Source of the DNA: Monocercomonoides exilis PA203
Lineage: Eukaryota; Protista; Preaxostyla
Assembly (NCBI GenBank): GCA_001643675.2
Contig: LSRY02000004.1
Span: forward strand, 1,612,001-1,676,000
DNA: 64,000 nt
Direction: 5' to 3'
In this document: positions 36,274 to 47,197 of the stretch, in pieces
How positions within the stretch are numbered: the stretch's first letter is position 1
How the letters are laid out: each line of letters begins with the position of its first letter
The notes under the pieces: generated by a model
Database searches by the model: none
What the model was told of the DNA's origin: nothing
The model's input: only the letters and a program-made list of their open reading frames with translations
Made by a program: the position numbers and the translations under genes

Positions 36274-39200
36274 TATTTCTCTCACTTTTGACGATTTCAT
36301 TATTTCCATCTTCTTCTCTCTTCTTTTCTGTTTTATTCTTCACCACAAATGATTCTGTTCTTTCTTTCTTTTCGGGGTTGCCAAACAAGATGCAAACAGC
36401 CACCTCTGCCCTTTCTTCAGCTGAAGATATGATCCCTGATGTTATTGAGCTGCGAGCTTCGTTCTCACAAACAAATCCATCTTCCTCAAGCAAATACACC
36501 TCAATCGAGCTGACTTCTTCAATTGTTGATGTAATTTGGCACGACAGATTGCATGGCAGAAGAAGGTTTCCTCTGAACGTCAGCTCCGTTCTCGCTCCTT
36601 TTTCTTCTGTTTCCACTCTTTCCAATGCTGGGATGAACAATTCAGATGCTCTTTCTGAAGCCATTCCAGACAGCTCACATCCCTCATTCAGAATCCACAG
36701 CGATGTGTTTGGAAGCAACCCATCTCCTCCTTTCAAGCTCTCCATCGCCAGCTGTCCTTTGCTTTCACAGATGATGTTTCGTCTGGCTGAAGGGAATCCA
36801 TCAATAGCTTTGCTATTCCCATAATATTCGCCTTTCTCCACACTCACTTCTCCACCACAAATCGACATTCCTCCTTCCGATGAATTCACAATCGCTGTGT
36901 CCTTCATTGCTGCTCTTGTTCCAGCAAAATCAACCAGCGACCCATTCCATCTGCAGATCTCCTCTGGCTGTGTGTTCCTCTTTTCATCGCTTTTGTTGTC
37001 CCCTTTCCATCCATCAAACAAACACTTGTCGATCGTTGCATTCGTGCACAACGACAATGACACAATGCTCCCTCTCTGAGTGCATGATAAGCATGAAATG
37101 AATGAGCAATTTTCGAAGGCCACTTCATTTGCTCCATTAAACGAAAGCATCGGATGCCTTCCCGAAACATTTATGCTCGTGAAAGACGAAGATACAGTCT
37201 GCACAACAGAGTCTTCTCCACATTCAGCCAAACTTCCTTCAAAACTTGACTCTGAGAAGGAAGAAGAAGTTATCTTCATATTTCCAGAGCTCGCAACATG
37301 AAACATCGGAGATGCGAATGCCAAGAAGGACACAGAAACCTCATAAGCTGTGCACTTGCAGCCATTGGCAGAAATAAGACAAAATGGAACAGTTTTAGCA
37401 GAATCATAACTTTCTGAGGTGAATGCACAACAGCTCAGTTCAAGAACGCCTGTTTCTGGGCAAAGAAATGCTGAATGTAAAGACACAAATTCCTCTGCAA
37501 AAGCAAAGCGCAGATAGCTCAGTGACACAGAACCAGCTGTCGATATGAGCGCCAATTCGTGCTGGGGAATACTTGAATGCACTTCAATGACGCATTGCGC
37601 CTTTGTTCGAGATGTCAGCCCCATTTCAACCATCTTCGCTTCGCCCCCAAGATACGATGCTTTGTCCACAAACATTTGGCTCACAAAATTATTCGACAGA
37701 TGAAGAAGACCATAATCAATCGAAAGACAAGGCAGATATTGCGTCCCGCATTGTCTGTCATCTTTCCCATTTCTCGACGGATCAGAGCTGACGATGATCG
37801 TGTCTGCTCGATAAATCGTGATGAAATCAAGAAGATTCGTGTCTGCTGAGTGATCGGTCTTGTCAATCCCAAAAATCGCTTTCGCTTTGTCTGTCACTTT
37901 CTCAACATCAAACCCAAACTGCGTTTCGTTGATTTGCGCAGTGATGTTGTGGCATTCAATGAAGATATCGTTCCCAACAAACGCTGTATTCGCGGTAAAG
38001 TTTACTCGGCTGAACAGGAAATCCAGTTTTCCTGCTGTTGCTGCTGCCAAATAAACTCCTCCCCCTTTTCCGTTGCTCGAGCAGCAGCATCGCGTGACTG
38101 TCGAATCGCTCATCTTGAATGAGCCTTCTGACAAAAGTGAAACAAGCATGACTCCTCCTTTCATGCTGCGCTCAGCCTTAACATCGCTGAACACCGTCTT
38201 ATCCACTTTCAGATCAATGTTGTTGATCCCAGAAAATACAACACCCGTCCCATCGTCAACACGCGCAATGGAAGAGAACGTTGATTCGTTTATTCGAAAA
38301 TCACATCTCCAGTTGCTGTTTTGCTTTGTCTCCTGCCCAATTGACGAAGAAAGCGAAAAAATACTTCCATCTGACAGATTCAGCGATGATACCGATAAGC
38401 TCGTGAAGGTGCACAACTGCGCCATATTATTCACTGCAAATATGTTCTCAGCAAAGTTGGAGGAGCTCATTGTCAGATCATCAACAGCCAGCTCTCCTCC
38501 TTCAACTGTCACAAACTGCACTTTGCTCAAATCCTCCATCAGCCCTTTCGACTCAAATGAGCACATCCTCACAAGAAGGATGCCTTCCTTGCTGTGAACA
38601 ATGGAGCTCGCTGAGCCGTCAAAATGTTCTGCAACCCTCAGGCTCATCCTCTCCAGCGACAATCTCACAGCATTGGTCAGAAACGGCTCTCCATCGTTGA
38701 TCCTTTTGTTCTGGAACCCGACCACAGCCTTTCTTGCTTCATCAGGCGATGCTGAATATGAAGCTATTGTGTAATTCGACACAATAAATGCATCACGCAC
38801 AAAAGTCGAACCATCAACTGTTATAACCTTTGACGGAGAAGACCGCTCTATTTGCGCCATCCCTTTCCAGAACGATTCGCACGGATCATCTTCGCTTCCG
38901 CATCTGGCAATGTCGAACCCATTCGAAGAGACAAAAATCGTATTGTTCTTGTACCCACACAAAAACCGCAAAAGATCGGTGTCGCGATGCACTGCATCAC
39001 TTCCACAGAAGAGCGTGTGTTCCATCTTGGCTTTTTCAGCAAGAAACACAAAAGTGCTCTTTGTGACTGTTCGATTCAGGTCGCTCGATGCAACAAATAC
39101 GTTCTTCCCAATCATGGCTTCGTTATCTGCCAGAATTATTTCGCTTCCAAAAACAAAAGGTGCAGGCAGCAGAGATCCTGAACACTTCACAAAGAATGCT

Positions 39201-42200
39201 CCCCCTCTTCCATTTCTTGCACACGAGCATCCCTCTGCTGTCGTTCCGTTAATACTCAGCGACTCTTCCTCTGTCAGCTCCACCTTCGCCACTCCACCTT
39301 CGCCACTGGATGCAGACGCAATGTTGGTGAAGTTCATTCCTTTGATCAGAACAGAAGAAGACAAATCGAGAGGAATCACACCAGACGAGAAAGATGGCAA
39401 AGTGCAGTCTGCCAATTCCACTCGCCCTTTCGCAGAAGAAATCAAGATGTAATCAATGCAAGATCCAGACGAACACTCAAACACACAGCCCTTCACTGCC
39501 AACTGAGCTTCCGAGGCGCGGGGAGGATTAAGTCTCAGCAGATTCTGAACAGGAGGTGCGAACGAAGTCGGAAGAGAAAGCAACATGTTTTGAATGGACA
39601 GACTTTTTGCGCTCAAAAATATGGAATCCAAAGTGCACAACTCCAGGTCACTCTTCACGACAATCGACGATCGGGCGCTTCCATATCCCGGGATGATAGA
39701 AAACGAGCTCACATCGTAGGTGTCTTGCACAACTGTCGAAGCATCCACAGTCAAAAGCTTTTGATCTGATCCCGTCTTGTCCATGTTCGTGTATCCTCTC
39801 CAGAAGGTGTTGCACGGATACTCGTCGCTCCCACACCCCAAGTAGTCATGCCCTGCAGCAGACACATGAATGCTCGAGGATTGCAGCTGCAACAAAAACA
39901 GCGTCAGGTTGACTGCTTCCTTGCTTGTGATCACCTCGTCTCTTCCAAATAAATCAACAATCAATTCGCCTTCCTCATTCACCAAATGAAACTGAAACCT
40001 CGATTGCAGGACTGTTCGATTCAGATCGGCACATGCAACAAACATGTCTTTGCCATGATGCGCTTTGTTTCCAAGGAAATGCAACGATGAGAATTCGATT
40101 GCTTCATCCAGATCTTGGCTCAACTGCACGAAAATGGCTCCTCCGTTTTTCGCTTTTTCGTCTGCCGAGTTGTTGCTGAACGAAACATCAGCAATCGAAA
40201 GTCTGTAATTCCTCGAGAAAATCAAATTAACTGCGCCACCGTTGTCTTTTTCTGAAGAGCACTTCGCAAATGACGAGGTATTTGCGATCTCAACCTCCAA
40301 CGCATTTTCCCAGTGCACAACACTTCCAGACTCTGACGAGCATTCGCTGATCTGAGTGTTGTTGATTGCAACGCATGTTCCTTCCATCCCTCCAATCAGA
40401 CTTTTCTTGCTTGTGCATATAGAGGCAAAAGTGCAGCCACTGATAATCAAGGAACCAGACTGCATCGCACAGATCGCTTGATCCGCCTCAAACACCAGCT
40501 CCGAAAATGTCACAGACGTCAGAGTTATCGTGCTTCCCTTTCCGCACAAGATGCTCTGCTTAATGCTGGAAATAAGAGCATCTGCACTTTTTGAGACATC
40601 ACAGGAAATCAGGAATATGCTCCCCACTTTCCCAACAATCAGCGCGTCTTGCGGGCTCTCAGCGCTTGTGGCAAAAGCAAAGCGGACATTCTGGATGGTC
40701 AGCTGAGTCGACAAGTCTCCGTCGCTCACGCATATGCACCCGCCACCATCCACAATCATGTCTGATTTCACAGATTCCCCTCTGATCGTCAGCGACGAAA
40801 GATTCTGCTTGATTTCCCCTTCCAGCTTTGCCGATGATGTGATGTGCAGAATGTTCTTTTCTGTTCCCAACTGCGTGAACCCAAAACTCAATTCCTTGCA
40901 AGGCTTGACGCTGCTTCCGCATCCTGCTTCAACCTGCCCCAGCCCGTCGTCAACAAACACAATATCGTCGACTGACGGAAACAAAAACCTCAGAAGCGAC
41001 ATGTTCATTTCTGCATCGCTCGGATCCAGCACCCACATCGTCTTTTCAAACTCGCTCCCATCTTTCGCAGACCCGCTCCAGAGCAACGGGTTGATCATCC
41101 TCCGCGGAAGCGGGCACACAAGATACACATCCTTCCCCAGCAGCGCATCGTTGTTGTTGAATTCGTCCGACTTCATCGAATACGTCAAGTCCACATCCGA
41201 AAACGTCAGGTGCAGACCCCCTCCCAGCCCGTCAATCCCCGGCACCCTGCTTTCATTCACACAGTTCTTCTCAAACAGAAACGTTCCTCTTTTCGCCACC
41301 GAAATAAGCATGCTTCCTCCTTTTGTTCCTGTATGATAGCACATAACCTTGGCAAAGTTGCATTCCTTGATCTCAATGCGCTTTTCGCTGTCCACCTCTC
41401 CCACAACCACTCCTCCGTTTCCTTCTGTCCTGTTCACCTCGCTGAAGTTGCTCTTCTTCAGAGTCAGCGAAGCTCCTCCCTTCACACAAATCGCTGTCTG
41501 CCTTAGAAGGGATGTCGAGTTTATCGTCGAATTCTCGATTTGAGCTGCCAATGCCGAAGACACAAAAATCACTCCGCCGCTTTCACATGTTGTGTTAACA
41601 CTTTCCAGATGCAGCTTGTCAAACACTCCGCTTGTTTGTGCGCCAACCAGCTCAATCGCTGGGGCTTCCTTGAATTCTATGGAGTTCAGATTAAACTCAG
41701 TCAGCTTCACGCTTCCCGAAGTTATCAGCAAAAACCGATAGCTTGGATTTCCGCTTTGCATCACCATGCTGCACCCCTCAACAACTAACTTCGATCCAGC
41801 ACAAAGAACAAGGCTCTTCCTCTGAACATGCAAAAACTCACACGGAGCACAAAATTCAAGCCAGCTGATCGTGACTTCGTTTTGCGTAATCACAAATCCA
41901 TCTCCGCTCTCTCTGCCATCTGCCGCGATGTTCACTCTTTCAGGCTTCGAGACACCATTGATGACCATCGGCATTGCGCTCAATACAAGCTTGTCTGCAA
42001 TCGAAAAATTAGGCTCAAGGCAAACAGCTGCCACACCACCCGCAAAACGGTTTTCTGCTGCGTATACGATGGAGGAGCACGGATACCACGAAAAGCCACA
42101 CGACTGATAATCAGCCCCTTCCTCGCTGTTTACAAAAACAGGCGATGTCCAATTTGACAGAAACGAGGCAAGTGGAACGTGTTTGTCTGCGTTCCTGTCG

Positions 42201-45200
42201 AATCCCACGAATTCGTTGTGCTTTTCCTTGCTCACATCGCACTCAACTGCAAAACGCCGTTGTGTGACAATTCTGCTCAAATCGTCTCCCTCAATGAAGA
42301 TGTTCTCTCCTTTCTCCTCTGCTTCGTTCTTTTCTGTTTCTGCTCCGAAAATTGTGTGGCAAATCACATAATCAAACACCTCGCCGCTGAATCCGATGAA
42401 AATCCCTCCGCCTTTGCCTCCATTTCCGTTGCCTTTTTTAGCTGCACAGCTCTTAAAGACTGAATTCAACTCCTCTTTCCCAATTTCGAGATGCCCTGTT
42501 CCTGACACACTCAGCCCCAACCCTCCTCCACAGCCGTCCACGGTGCAGCAATCGAGAAACACCACTTCTTCTAGCACCATTCGGCATCCATCTCCCACAA
42601 CCCCTTCAACAGCCCCGCCTTGCCCTTCCGATCGGCCAATCTCAGAGAAGGTTGTGTTGCTCACACACAACACTGCTCCATTCCCATCAAAGATCATTGG
42701 GGATGCTGATGCCATTGAAGAAGAAAAGTGGCTTTTGTTGACATTCATCTCCCCTGTCGAAGAATACTTCATTATTTTTCCATTTGCACTGGAAGTGACA
42801 TTTTCAAATATCATATTGACAATTTCACATGCTCCTGACTCGTTCACCGCAACAGCTGCGCCTGCCGAGAACTGCACGTTGCTCATGACGAATCCATTCA
42901 CCGCCAATTTTCCAGCTTTGGTTGCAAATAAACAATAGGAGATTGAGGAGACTCCGGATTCTGGCTGGCACTCACAGTTTTCGATTTCAAGCACTCCATT
43001 GGAATCTGCAACAGAGAATACCGCACTTTTCGTCGAATGAAGAGAAGACACCATCTCGATGAAGAAACACGAAAAGAACACTGCTGCTCTGACCTCCATC
43101 ACAGACGTCGCTTGCGTCTCGTTTCCCTCCATTTTCAGTCTTGTCTTCGTTTCAAGACCAGAAATGCCGTATCCTTTTGCATCACTCAGCACACAGCTTT
43201 CTCCAACAGCATATTCGTTGAGTATCGTGACAGCTTTTTTTCTTTCTGGCAACCGAGCAAATGAGAAGTCGAGTGTTCGGCATCCAAAGTCAATATACCC
43301 GCAGACAGGCACATCACTTCCCTCGGCCGAGACGCAAACAGCATCACCAAGCACTCGGAAATAGCACACAAGAGGAATCATCAAAATTTCCCATTTCTCG
43401 TCAACTCCCACACACGAAGCAGCAGAAAACGGATTCTGCTCGTCGTAGAAGCAGAACGATTCCCTGTTGACGCTCGATGCAAGGTCAGGAGAAGACACAA
43501 AAATATCATTCCCGCACTTCGCTTTGTTGGGAAGCTCATCCGAAAAAGAAGGCGCATCAATCGCAAACGACGCATCAGTCTGCAGAACAAACAACGAAAT
43601 GCCTCCACCGAAGCCACTCTGCATTTCTGAAGGCGCTGTGCAAGACAAAAAGCTTGTCGAATTAATCAACAGCTTGCAGCTGCTTTTCAAAGAGGCAAAT
43701 ATTCCCCCTCCAGACTGCCCATCATTCAGCACTGAGCATCCCTGAAACGAGCAATTGAAAACTGTCACACAATGAAGCACATCCTCTCCTGCTGCAAAAT
43801 CGATGCACGACCCGTTTCCGCTCGAAAGGCTCACATCTGCAAATGAAGAGCATCCAACATACAACGAGCCACCGTTTTCGCTGTGTATCACCCCGCGCTT
43901 CGCAAGAGAGAACCCGCCAAACGAACAGTTGGTGATGTTGGCCAGCCCAGACGAGCTCGTCTCAACGAAGCTCTGAGGACCAGTTGTCGCAATGCTCGAC
44001 AGATTTGCACAAAACAAATTGCACACCACACTTCCACTCAGCAGAAGCATTGGTGCACTGAACGAAAGCGCTTGGTCAGCAGCCACCGACAGCAAATTGA
44101 CCGTCAGCACACCACCAGACGCCATCACAGCTGTGTATTCAATGGACTCAGTCTCAGATGTCTTTCCAATCGAGCAGCTGGTTAACGACAGAGTTGCACT
44201 TTGCAACGATATGAACGATGCCCTGTTTCCAATCGAATGGTTCAGCAAAAACGTTATGTTCGCAAATGTTGCTGGAACGGACACCGAAACAAGCATTTCG
44301 CGACTTTTAACCGAAGAAGAGCCCACTTCTGTTGCCTGTCCCTGCGAAGCAGCACCAAAAACATAAGACTGCGAAGCCAACGTCAGCTCCTTCAAAAATG
44401 CAAATGATGGCAGCAGACTCAACTCGCAAGCAGAATTCGCAAACCGAAAGGCAGCTGCGCCTTCGACTGTTCGGCACGGATAATCTTTGTATCCGCAGAA
44501 CGTGTCATCTGCATCGCTCTCGCTTCCAGACACATACGCTGGCGATGAAAAAGTCCGCAAATACAACACCAAAGGAATCACCTTGCTGCGATCCCCCGCA
44601 TCATATCCGCTCAGCTCATCCAAATCTGCCAGCTCCACCCCTGTTTGAGGCTTGAACGCAAACGAAGACGCCTTCACCAACGATGACAGATTGCTCCCAT
44701 CCACAAACACATTCTTCCCTTTCCAAGCTCTGCAGCCCCTGAACGAAATGCTCTTCAATATAAAATCATTGGCTCCCTGATCGAAAAGAAGATACAACGC
44801 CCCGCCCTTTCCTTTGTTTTCGCTGTTGGGCGCGCTGCATTCTTCAAAGCCAACTTCGCTCGTCTGCCCAATTCGCAGTTGACTTCCGCTGCCCAAACAC
44901 AAGCCAAATGCCCCTCCATTTTCAGCTGAACTCGTGCAGTTTCTGAAAGTGATGTTTGAAATCGCCAGAATCTCTCCATCGCCCAGTGTTTTGCCAATGA
45001 TCGTGCCGTTTCCTCTGCTTCGGGCAATGTCGCACACGCTGCCTCCTTCAAACAAAAGCGAGCTTGCCGACTCCTTCTGAAACAATCCACACTCTCGAAG
45101 AGAAAAGCCGCGTATTTCGCAGAGTGTCAGGTTGACGCTTCCTCCAAGAAGAGAAAACTGCGAATGCTCCAACATTCGATTTGTTGAATCTGCAGAGATT

Positions 45201-47197
45201 TCGCATTGCACCAGGTTCAGCTTCCCTTCTGCATTTGAAACCAAAAACAGTGAGGATTCCAGTGACACCCCTGTATCCACAACAATCGAAAAATCAGTCA
45301 CAGTGAAAGAGCCTGTTGCGATCGTGACCAGCCAGCCATCCAAGTTTTTGGATGTGATCGTCGGTCGATCCCCACTTCCTTTTATCGAAGTTTCCACCGT
45401 TTGCCCGTTTATCGCAATCGAAGTCTCCAAATGGTTCACCCTCGAAACATGCACTTTTTGCCGCTCTGGCTGAAGCCATCTTGTTATCGCAAAGCCAATT
45501 GTCTTGCATTCTCGCCCAACATTTCCGCAAACAACATTATCTTCTTTTAATGGATCAACATGAATTGACGAAGTATTCGCTGATTGAATCCAGTTTTCTC
45601 TTGGCTCATATGCTGCACATTCCCATTCGCTAACATTCGTGCAAAATACGATTCTCTTCTCAAGTGATGTGGAAAAGCAAGTTGTGAAGTTGCTGGCAAC
45701 GTAAAAAGTCAAATTGGTTGTTCTAATTGCAATATCTGTTCCTTTGTTATTTCCACATGTATTTTGATCAAAGTACAAAAAGCGAATTTCTGTTGGATTA
45801 ACATCTTCAGTATCACACAATATGAAAAAAGTTCCTGCATACATCCTTCCTGAGCTCTCTTGAAACAAGCAATTAGAAAGCAACGAATTATTGCAAAACA
45901 TGCTACTAAAACAAATAGAACCACCGTAATACGTACTTGCCTTATTTCGATAGAATGTACACGAATCAACAATTACATAGTCGTTTTGCCCCGTTATTTG
46001 AAATGCTCCGTAATGCGGCCCTTCATTTTCAATAAAAGTTGAATCTTCAATTGAAACATCTCCAGCAGATTTCGAAAAAATGCGAATTGCACCCCCATAA
46101 TTTGACGCACATGAATTATTATTAAATGAAGAATTTGTAATTATAATGAATCCTGTTCCAGTTGCCGAAATTGCACCACCCCCATTGTCTCTACTATATG
46201 CAGTACTTTTACAACTCAAAAATGTTGTTCTTTCAATAGTTAGCGTTGCATTTCCGGTAATCAGCACGGCTGCTCCATCATAAACCTCGCTCACAATGGT
46301 AAACAACGAATCACGAAGAACAACATTTCCAGAAGAGTTCACCTGTCTGGTGTTGTTGGCCTGTGCCCTGCTCGTGACAAAGCTGCAATTGAAAGACAGG
46401 TAATGGTGGAAGGTGTGATATCCATCAAAAATGCATCCGAAATCCGCACAAGCAACTTCGTTAAATGATGAAGACTCTACTTCAATCGTGCCAATCTCAT
46501 TTCCAACGAGTTCTCTTTCCTCTGCGAGCCCTTTTCTTCGCATCGCGTCGGGCTTGTGGGTGATGTTTTCAAAATGGCATTCGTCAACAGCAACTGATTC
46601 CATCTTCCCAGCACTCAGAAAAGGATTCATCGAGTTCACAGAAAACGAATGCATTGCACTCCTTTTCAGATGGATTCTCGAGGAAGGTGCGAGAGAGTTC
46701 GACAAAACAAATCCGCATGCAGCGTTTGGTGTTGAACATAAAAACGAAATATTTTCGAGTCTCAGCAGCCCTCCAAACGAATCACAGAAATTGTCTGAGC
46801 CCCAATTTCTCCAAAAAAGGCAATTGCAGAAACAGCATTCAGCTTGGACGTCTCTCAAAAGTGCAACAGGACGCGCACTCCCTCGCACCGCAATCGACTC
46901 AAAAAGCACAGTGGAATTCAGCATTGAGAATAAATGGTGTTTTTGATTGTGCTCGCGCTTTTCACAAAAATCCCATCCAGCTGAACAACATTCAAGTAAT
47001 ACTGTAAAAACTGAATTTATTCTCTTTGTGTTTCCATGCAACAATTCTTTTTCTTGCAACAAAATTGAATAATGCCTATTCGTGCTTTCAGCAACAACAG
47101 AAGCTCCTGCACCAGATTTTCCTGAAGTTCCTGAATATAAATTGCTTTGTAATTGTAGGAGAGCTGGCAAGAGCAAAAGATACACCAGCAACTTCAT
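34850..47197 (-). CDS. Giant single-pass receptor-like protein B (4115 aa): beta-helix/Pmp-like ectodomain, TM, TKL-like pseudokinase
   Basis: Uninterrupted ORF with signal peptide MKLLVYLLLLPALLQLQS, FxxN..GGAI motifs and eight D-x-CG-x4-5-(P)C modules. The TM and cytoplasmic tail are nearly identical to gene A. Confidence 0.92.
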   Translation of the reverse strand: MKLLVYLLLLPALLQLQSNLYSGTSGKSGAGASVVAESTNRHYSILLQEKELLHGNTKRINSVFTVLLECCSAGWDFCEKREHNQKHHLFSMLNSTVLFESIAVRGSARPVALLRDVQAECCFCNCLFWRNWGSDNFCDSFGGLLRLENISFLCSTPNAACGFVLSNSLAPSSRIHLKRSAMHSFSVNSMNPFLSAGKMESVAVDECHFENITHKPDAMRRKGLAEERELVGNEIGTIEVESSSFNEVACADFGCIFDGYHTFHHYLSFNCSFVTSRAQANNTRQVNSSGNVVLRDSLFTIVSEVYDGAAVLITGNATLTIERTTFLSCKSTAYSRDNGGGAISATGTGFIIITNSSFNNNSCASNYGGAIRIFSKSAGDVSIEDSTFIENEGPHYGAFQITGQNDYVIVDSCTFYRNKASTYYGGSICFSSMFCNNSLLSNCLFQESSGRMYAGTFFILCDTEDVNPTEIRFLYFDQNTCGNNKGTDIAIRTTNLTFYVASNFTTCFSTSLEKRIVFCTNVSEWECAAYEPRENWIQSANTSSIHVDPLKEDNVVCGNVGRECKTIGFAITRWLQPERQKVHVSRVNHLETSIAINGQTVETSIKGSGDRPTITSKNLDGWLVTIATGSFTVTDFSIVVDTGVSLESSLFLVSNAEGKLNLVQCEISADSTNRMLEHSQFSLLGGSVNLTLCEIRGFSLRECGLFQKESASSLLFEGGSVCDIARSRGNGTIIGKTLGDGEILAISNITFRNCTSSAENGGAFGLCLGSGSQLRIGQTSEVGFEECSAPNSENKGKGGALYLLFDQGANDFILKSISFRGCRAWKGKNVFVDGSNLSSLVKASSFAFKPQTGVELADLDELSGYDAGDRSKVIPLVLYLRTFSSPAYVSGSESDADDTFCGYKDYPCRTVEGAAAFRFANSACELSLLPSFAFLKELTLASQSYVFGAASQGQATEVGSSSVKSREMLVSVSVPATFANITFLLNHSIGNRASFISLQSATLSLTSCSIGKTSETESIEYTAVMASGGVLTVNLLSVAADQALSFSAPMLLLSGSVVCNLFCANLSSIATTGPQSFVETSSSGLANITNCSFGGFSLAKRGVIHSENGGSLYVGCSSFADVSLSSGNGSCIDFAAGEDVLHCVTVFNCSFQGCSVLNDGQSGGGIFASLKSSCKLLINSTSFLSCTAPSEMQSGFGGGISLFVLQTDASFAIDAPSFSDELPNKAKCGNDIFVSSPDLASSVNRESFCFYDEQNPFSAASCVGVDEKWEILMIPLVCYFRVLGDAVCVSAEGSDVPVCGYIDFGCRTLDFSFARLPERKKAVTILNEYAVGESCVLSDAKGYGISGLETKTRLKMEGNETQATSVMEVRAAVFFSCFFIEMVSSLHSTKSAVFSVADSNGVLEIENCECQPESGVSSISYCLFATKAGKLAVNGFVMSNVQFSAGAAVAVNESGACEIVNMIFENVTSSANGKIMKYSSTGEMNVNKSHFSSSMASASPMIFDGNGAVLCVSNTTFSEIGRSEGQGGAVEGVVGDGCRMVLEEVVFLDCCTVDGCGGGLGLSVSGTGHLEIGKEELNSVFKSCAAKKGNGNGGKGGGIFIGFSGEVFDYVICHTIFGAETEKNEAEEKGENIFIEGDDLSRIVTQRRFAVECDVSKEKHNEFVGFDRNADKHVPLASFLSNWTSPVFVNSEEGADYQSCGFSWYPCSSIVYAAENRFAGGVAAVCLEPNFSIADKLVLSAMPMVINGVSKPERVNIAADGRESGDGFVITQNEVTISWLEFCAPCEFLHVQRKSLVLCAGSKLVVEGCSMVMQSGNPSYRFLLITSGSVKLTEFNLNSIEFKEAPAIELVGAQTSGVFDKLHLESVNTTCESGGVIFVSSALAAQIENSTINSTSLLRQTAICVKGGASLTLKKSNFSEVNRTEGNGGVVVGEVDSEKRIEIKECNFAKVMCYHTGTKGGSMLISVAKRGTFLFEKNCVNESRVPGIDGLGGGLHLTFSDVDLTYSMKSDEFNNNDALLGKDVYLVCPLPRRMINPLLWSGSAKDGSEFEKTMWVLDPSDAEMNMSLLRFLFPSVDDIVFVDDGLGQVEAGCGSSVKPCKELSFGFTQLGTEKNILHITSSAKLEGEIKQNLSSLTIRGESVKSDMIVDGGGCICVSDGDLSTQLTIQNVRFAFATSAESPQDALIVGKVGSIFLISCDVSKSADALISSIKQSILCGKGSTITLTSVTFSELVFEADQAICAMQSGSLIISGCTFASICTSKKSLIGGMEGTCVAINNTQISECSSESGSVVHWENALEVEIANTSSFAKCSSEKDNGGAVNLIFSRNYRLSIADVSFSNNSADEKAKNGGAIFVQLSQDLDEAIEFSSLHFLGNKAHHGKDMFVACADLNRTVLQSRFQFHLVNEEGELIVDLFGRDEVITSKEAVNLTLFLLQLQSSSIHVSAAGHDYLGCGSDEYPCNTFWRGYTNMDKTGSDQKLLTVDASTVVQDTYDVSSFSIIPGYGSARSSIVVKSDLELCTLDSIFLSAKSLSIQNMLLSLPTSFAPPVQNLLRLNPPRASEAQLAVKGCVFECSSGSCIDYILISSAKGRVELADCTLPSFSSGVIPLDLSSSVLIKGMNFTNIASASSGEGGVAKVELTEEESLSINGTTAEGCSCARNGRGGAFFVKCSGSLLPAPFVFGSEIILADNEAMIGKNVFVASSDLNRTVTKSTFVFLAEKAKMEHTLFCGSDAVHRDTDLLRFLCGYKNNTIFVSSNGFDIARCGSEDDPCESFWKGMAQIERSSPSKVITVDGSTFVRDAFIVSNYTIASYSASPDEARKAVVGFQNKRINDGEPFLTNAVRLSLERMSLRVAEHFDGSASSIVHSKEGILLVRMCSFESKGLMEDLSKVQFVTVEGGELAVDDLTMSSSNFAENIFAVNNMAQLCTFTSLSVSSLNLSDGSIFSLSSSIGQETKQNSNWRCDFRINESTFSSIARVDDGTGVVFSGINNIDLKVDKTVFSDVKAERSMKGGVMLVSLLSEGSFKMSDSTVTRCCCSSNGKGGGVYLAAATAGKLDFLFSRVNFTANTAFVGNDIFIECHNITAQINETQFGFDVEKVTDKAKAIFGIDKTDHSADTNLLDFITIYRADTIIVSSDPSRNGKDDRQCGTQYLPCLSIDYGLLHLSNNFVSQMFVDKASYLGGEAKMVEMGLTSRTKAQCVIEVHSSIPQHELALISTAGSVSLSYLRFAFAEEFVSLHSAFLCPETGVLELSCCAFTSESYDSAKTVPFCLISANGCKCTAYEVSVSFLAFASPMFHVASSGNMKITSSSFSESSFEGSLAECGEDSVVQTVSSSFTSINVSGRHPMLSFNGANEVAFENCSFISCLSCTQRGSIVSLSLCTNATIDKCLFDGWKGDNKSDEKRNTQPEEICRWNGSLVDFAGTRAAMKDTAIVNSSEGGMSICGGEVSVEKGEYYGNSKAIDGFPSARRNIICESKGQLAMESLKGGDGLLPNTSLWILNEGCELSGMASERASELFIPALERVETEEKGARTELTFRGNLLLPCNLSCQITSTIEEVSSIEVYLLEEDGFVCENEARSSITSGIISSAEERAEVAVCILFGNPEKKERTESFVVKNKTEKKREEDGNNEIVKSERNKGKSSWAAIIAIIFVVLFLIVLIALVIFIVRWKKQKKRTEELEVIVEDTVKKDPKAFEMVTMELSPEEQWRRDEREAEKKNEERVKKRVYEKSLGHSESSEHLLSESGSTEYILGKDSDKIPDWALEKVEEEEETRKRSPSPSISSTSTTSTTDSDSTFVRGEDMCPTTSSMSNLVDAMDCSSPHEKLILDLRDSFFMLMHGRNKTKEMAIGSVEEREVTGAQVLFWVANLALHSFDEMSNPLSSLENLSPHIVLFSEHMDIAIALHSDCSSSSEDSDSSSISSLTIVSSSSSNVSVMSERFTDSPPPSSAFEDCEDNRDECKRWKAPELLMNRKMCATKQSVAFSIGMMLWECVTLEIPFGEYEAGIAGDKIVKGERPRLDVVEDTTYGKLIGVCLSPGWEGRPMLSELKKEFFVHFPAEAKMLTVSDAIGVEEEEGGRNEHSGGEGSSMVDDGGNGNDVGNGDEEGDAKTTR

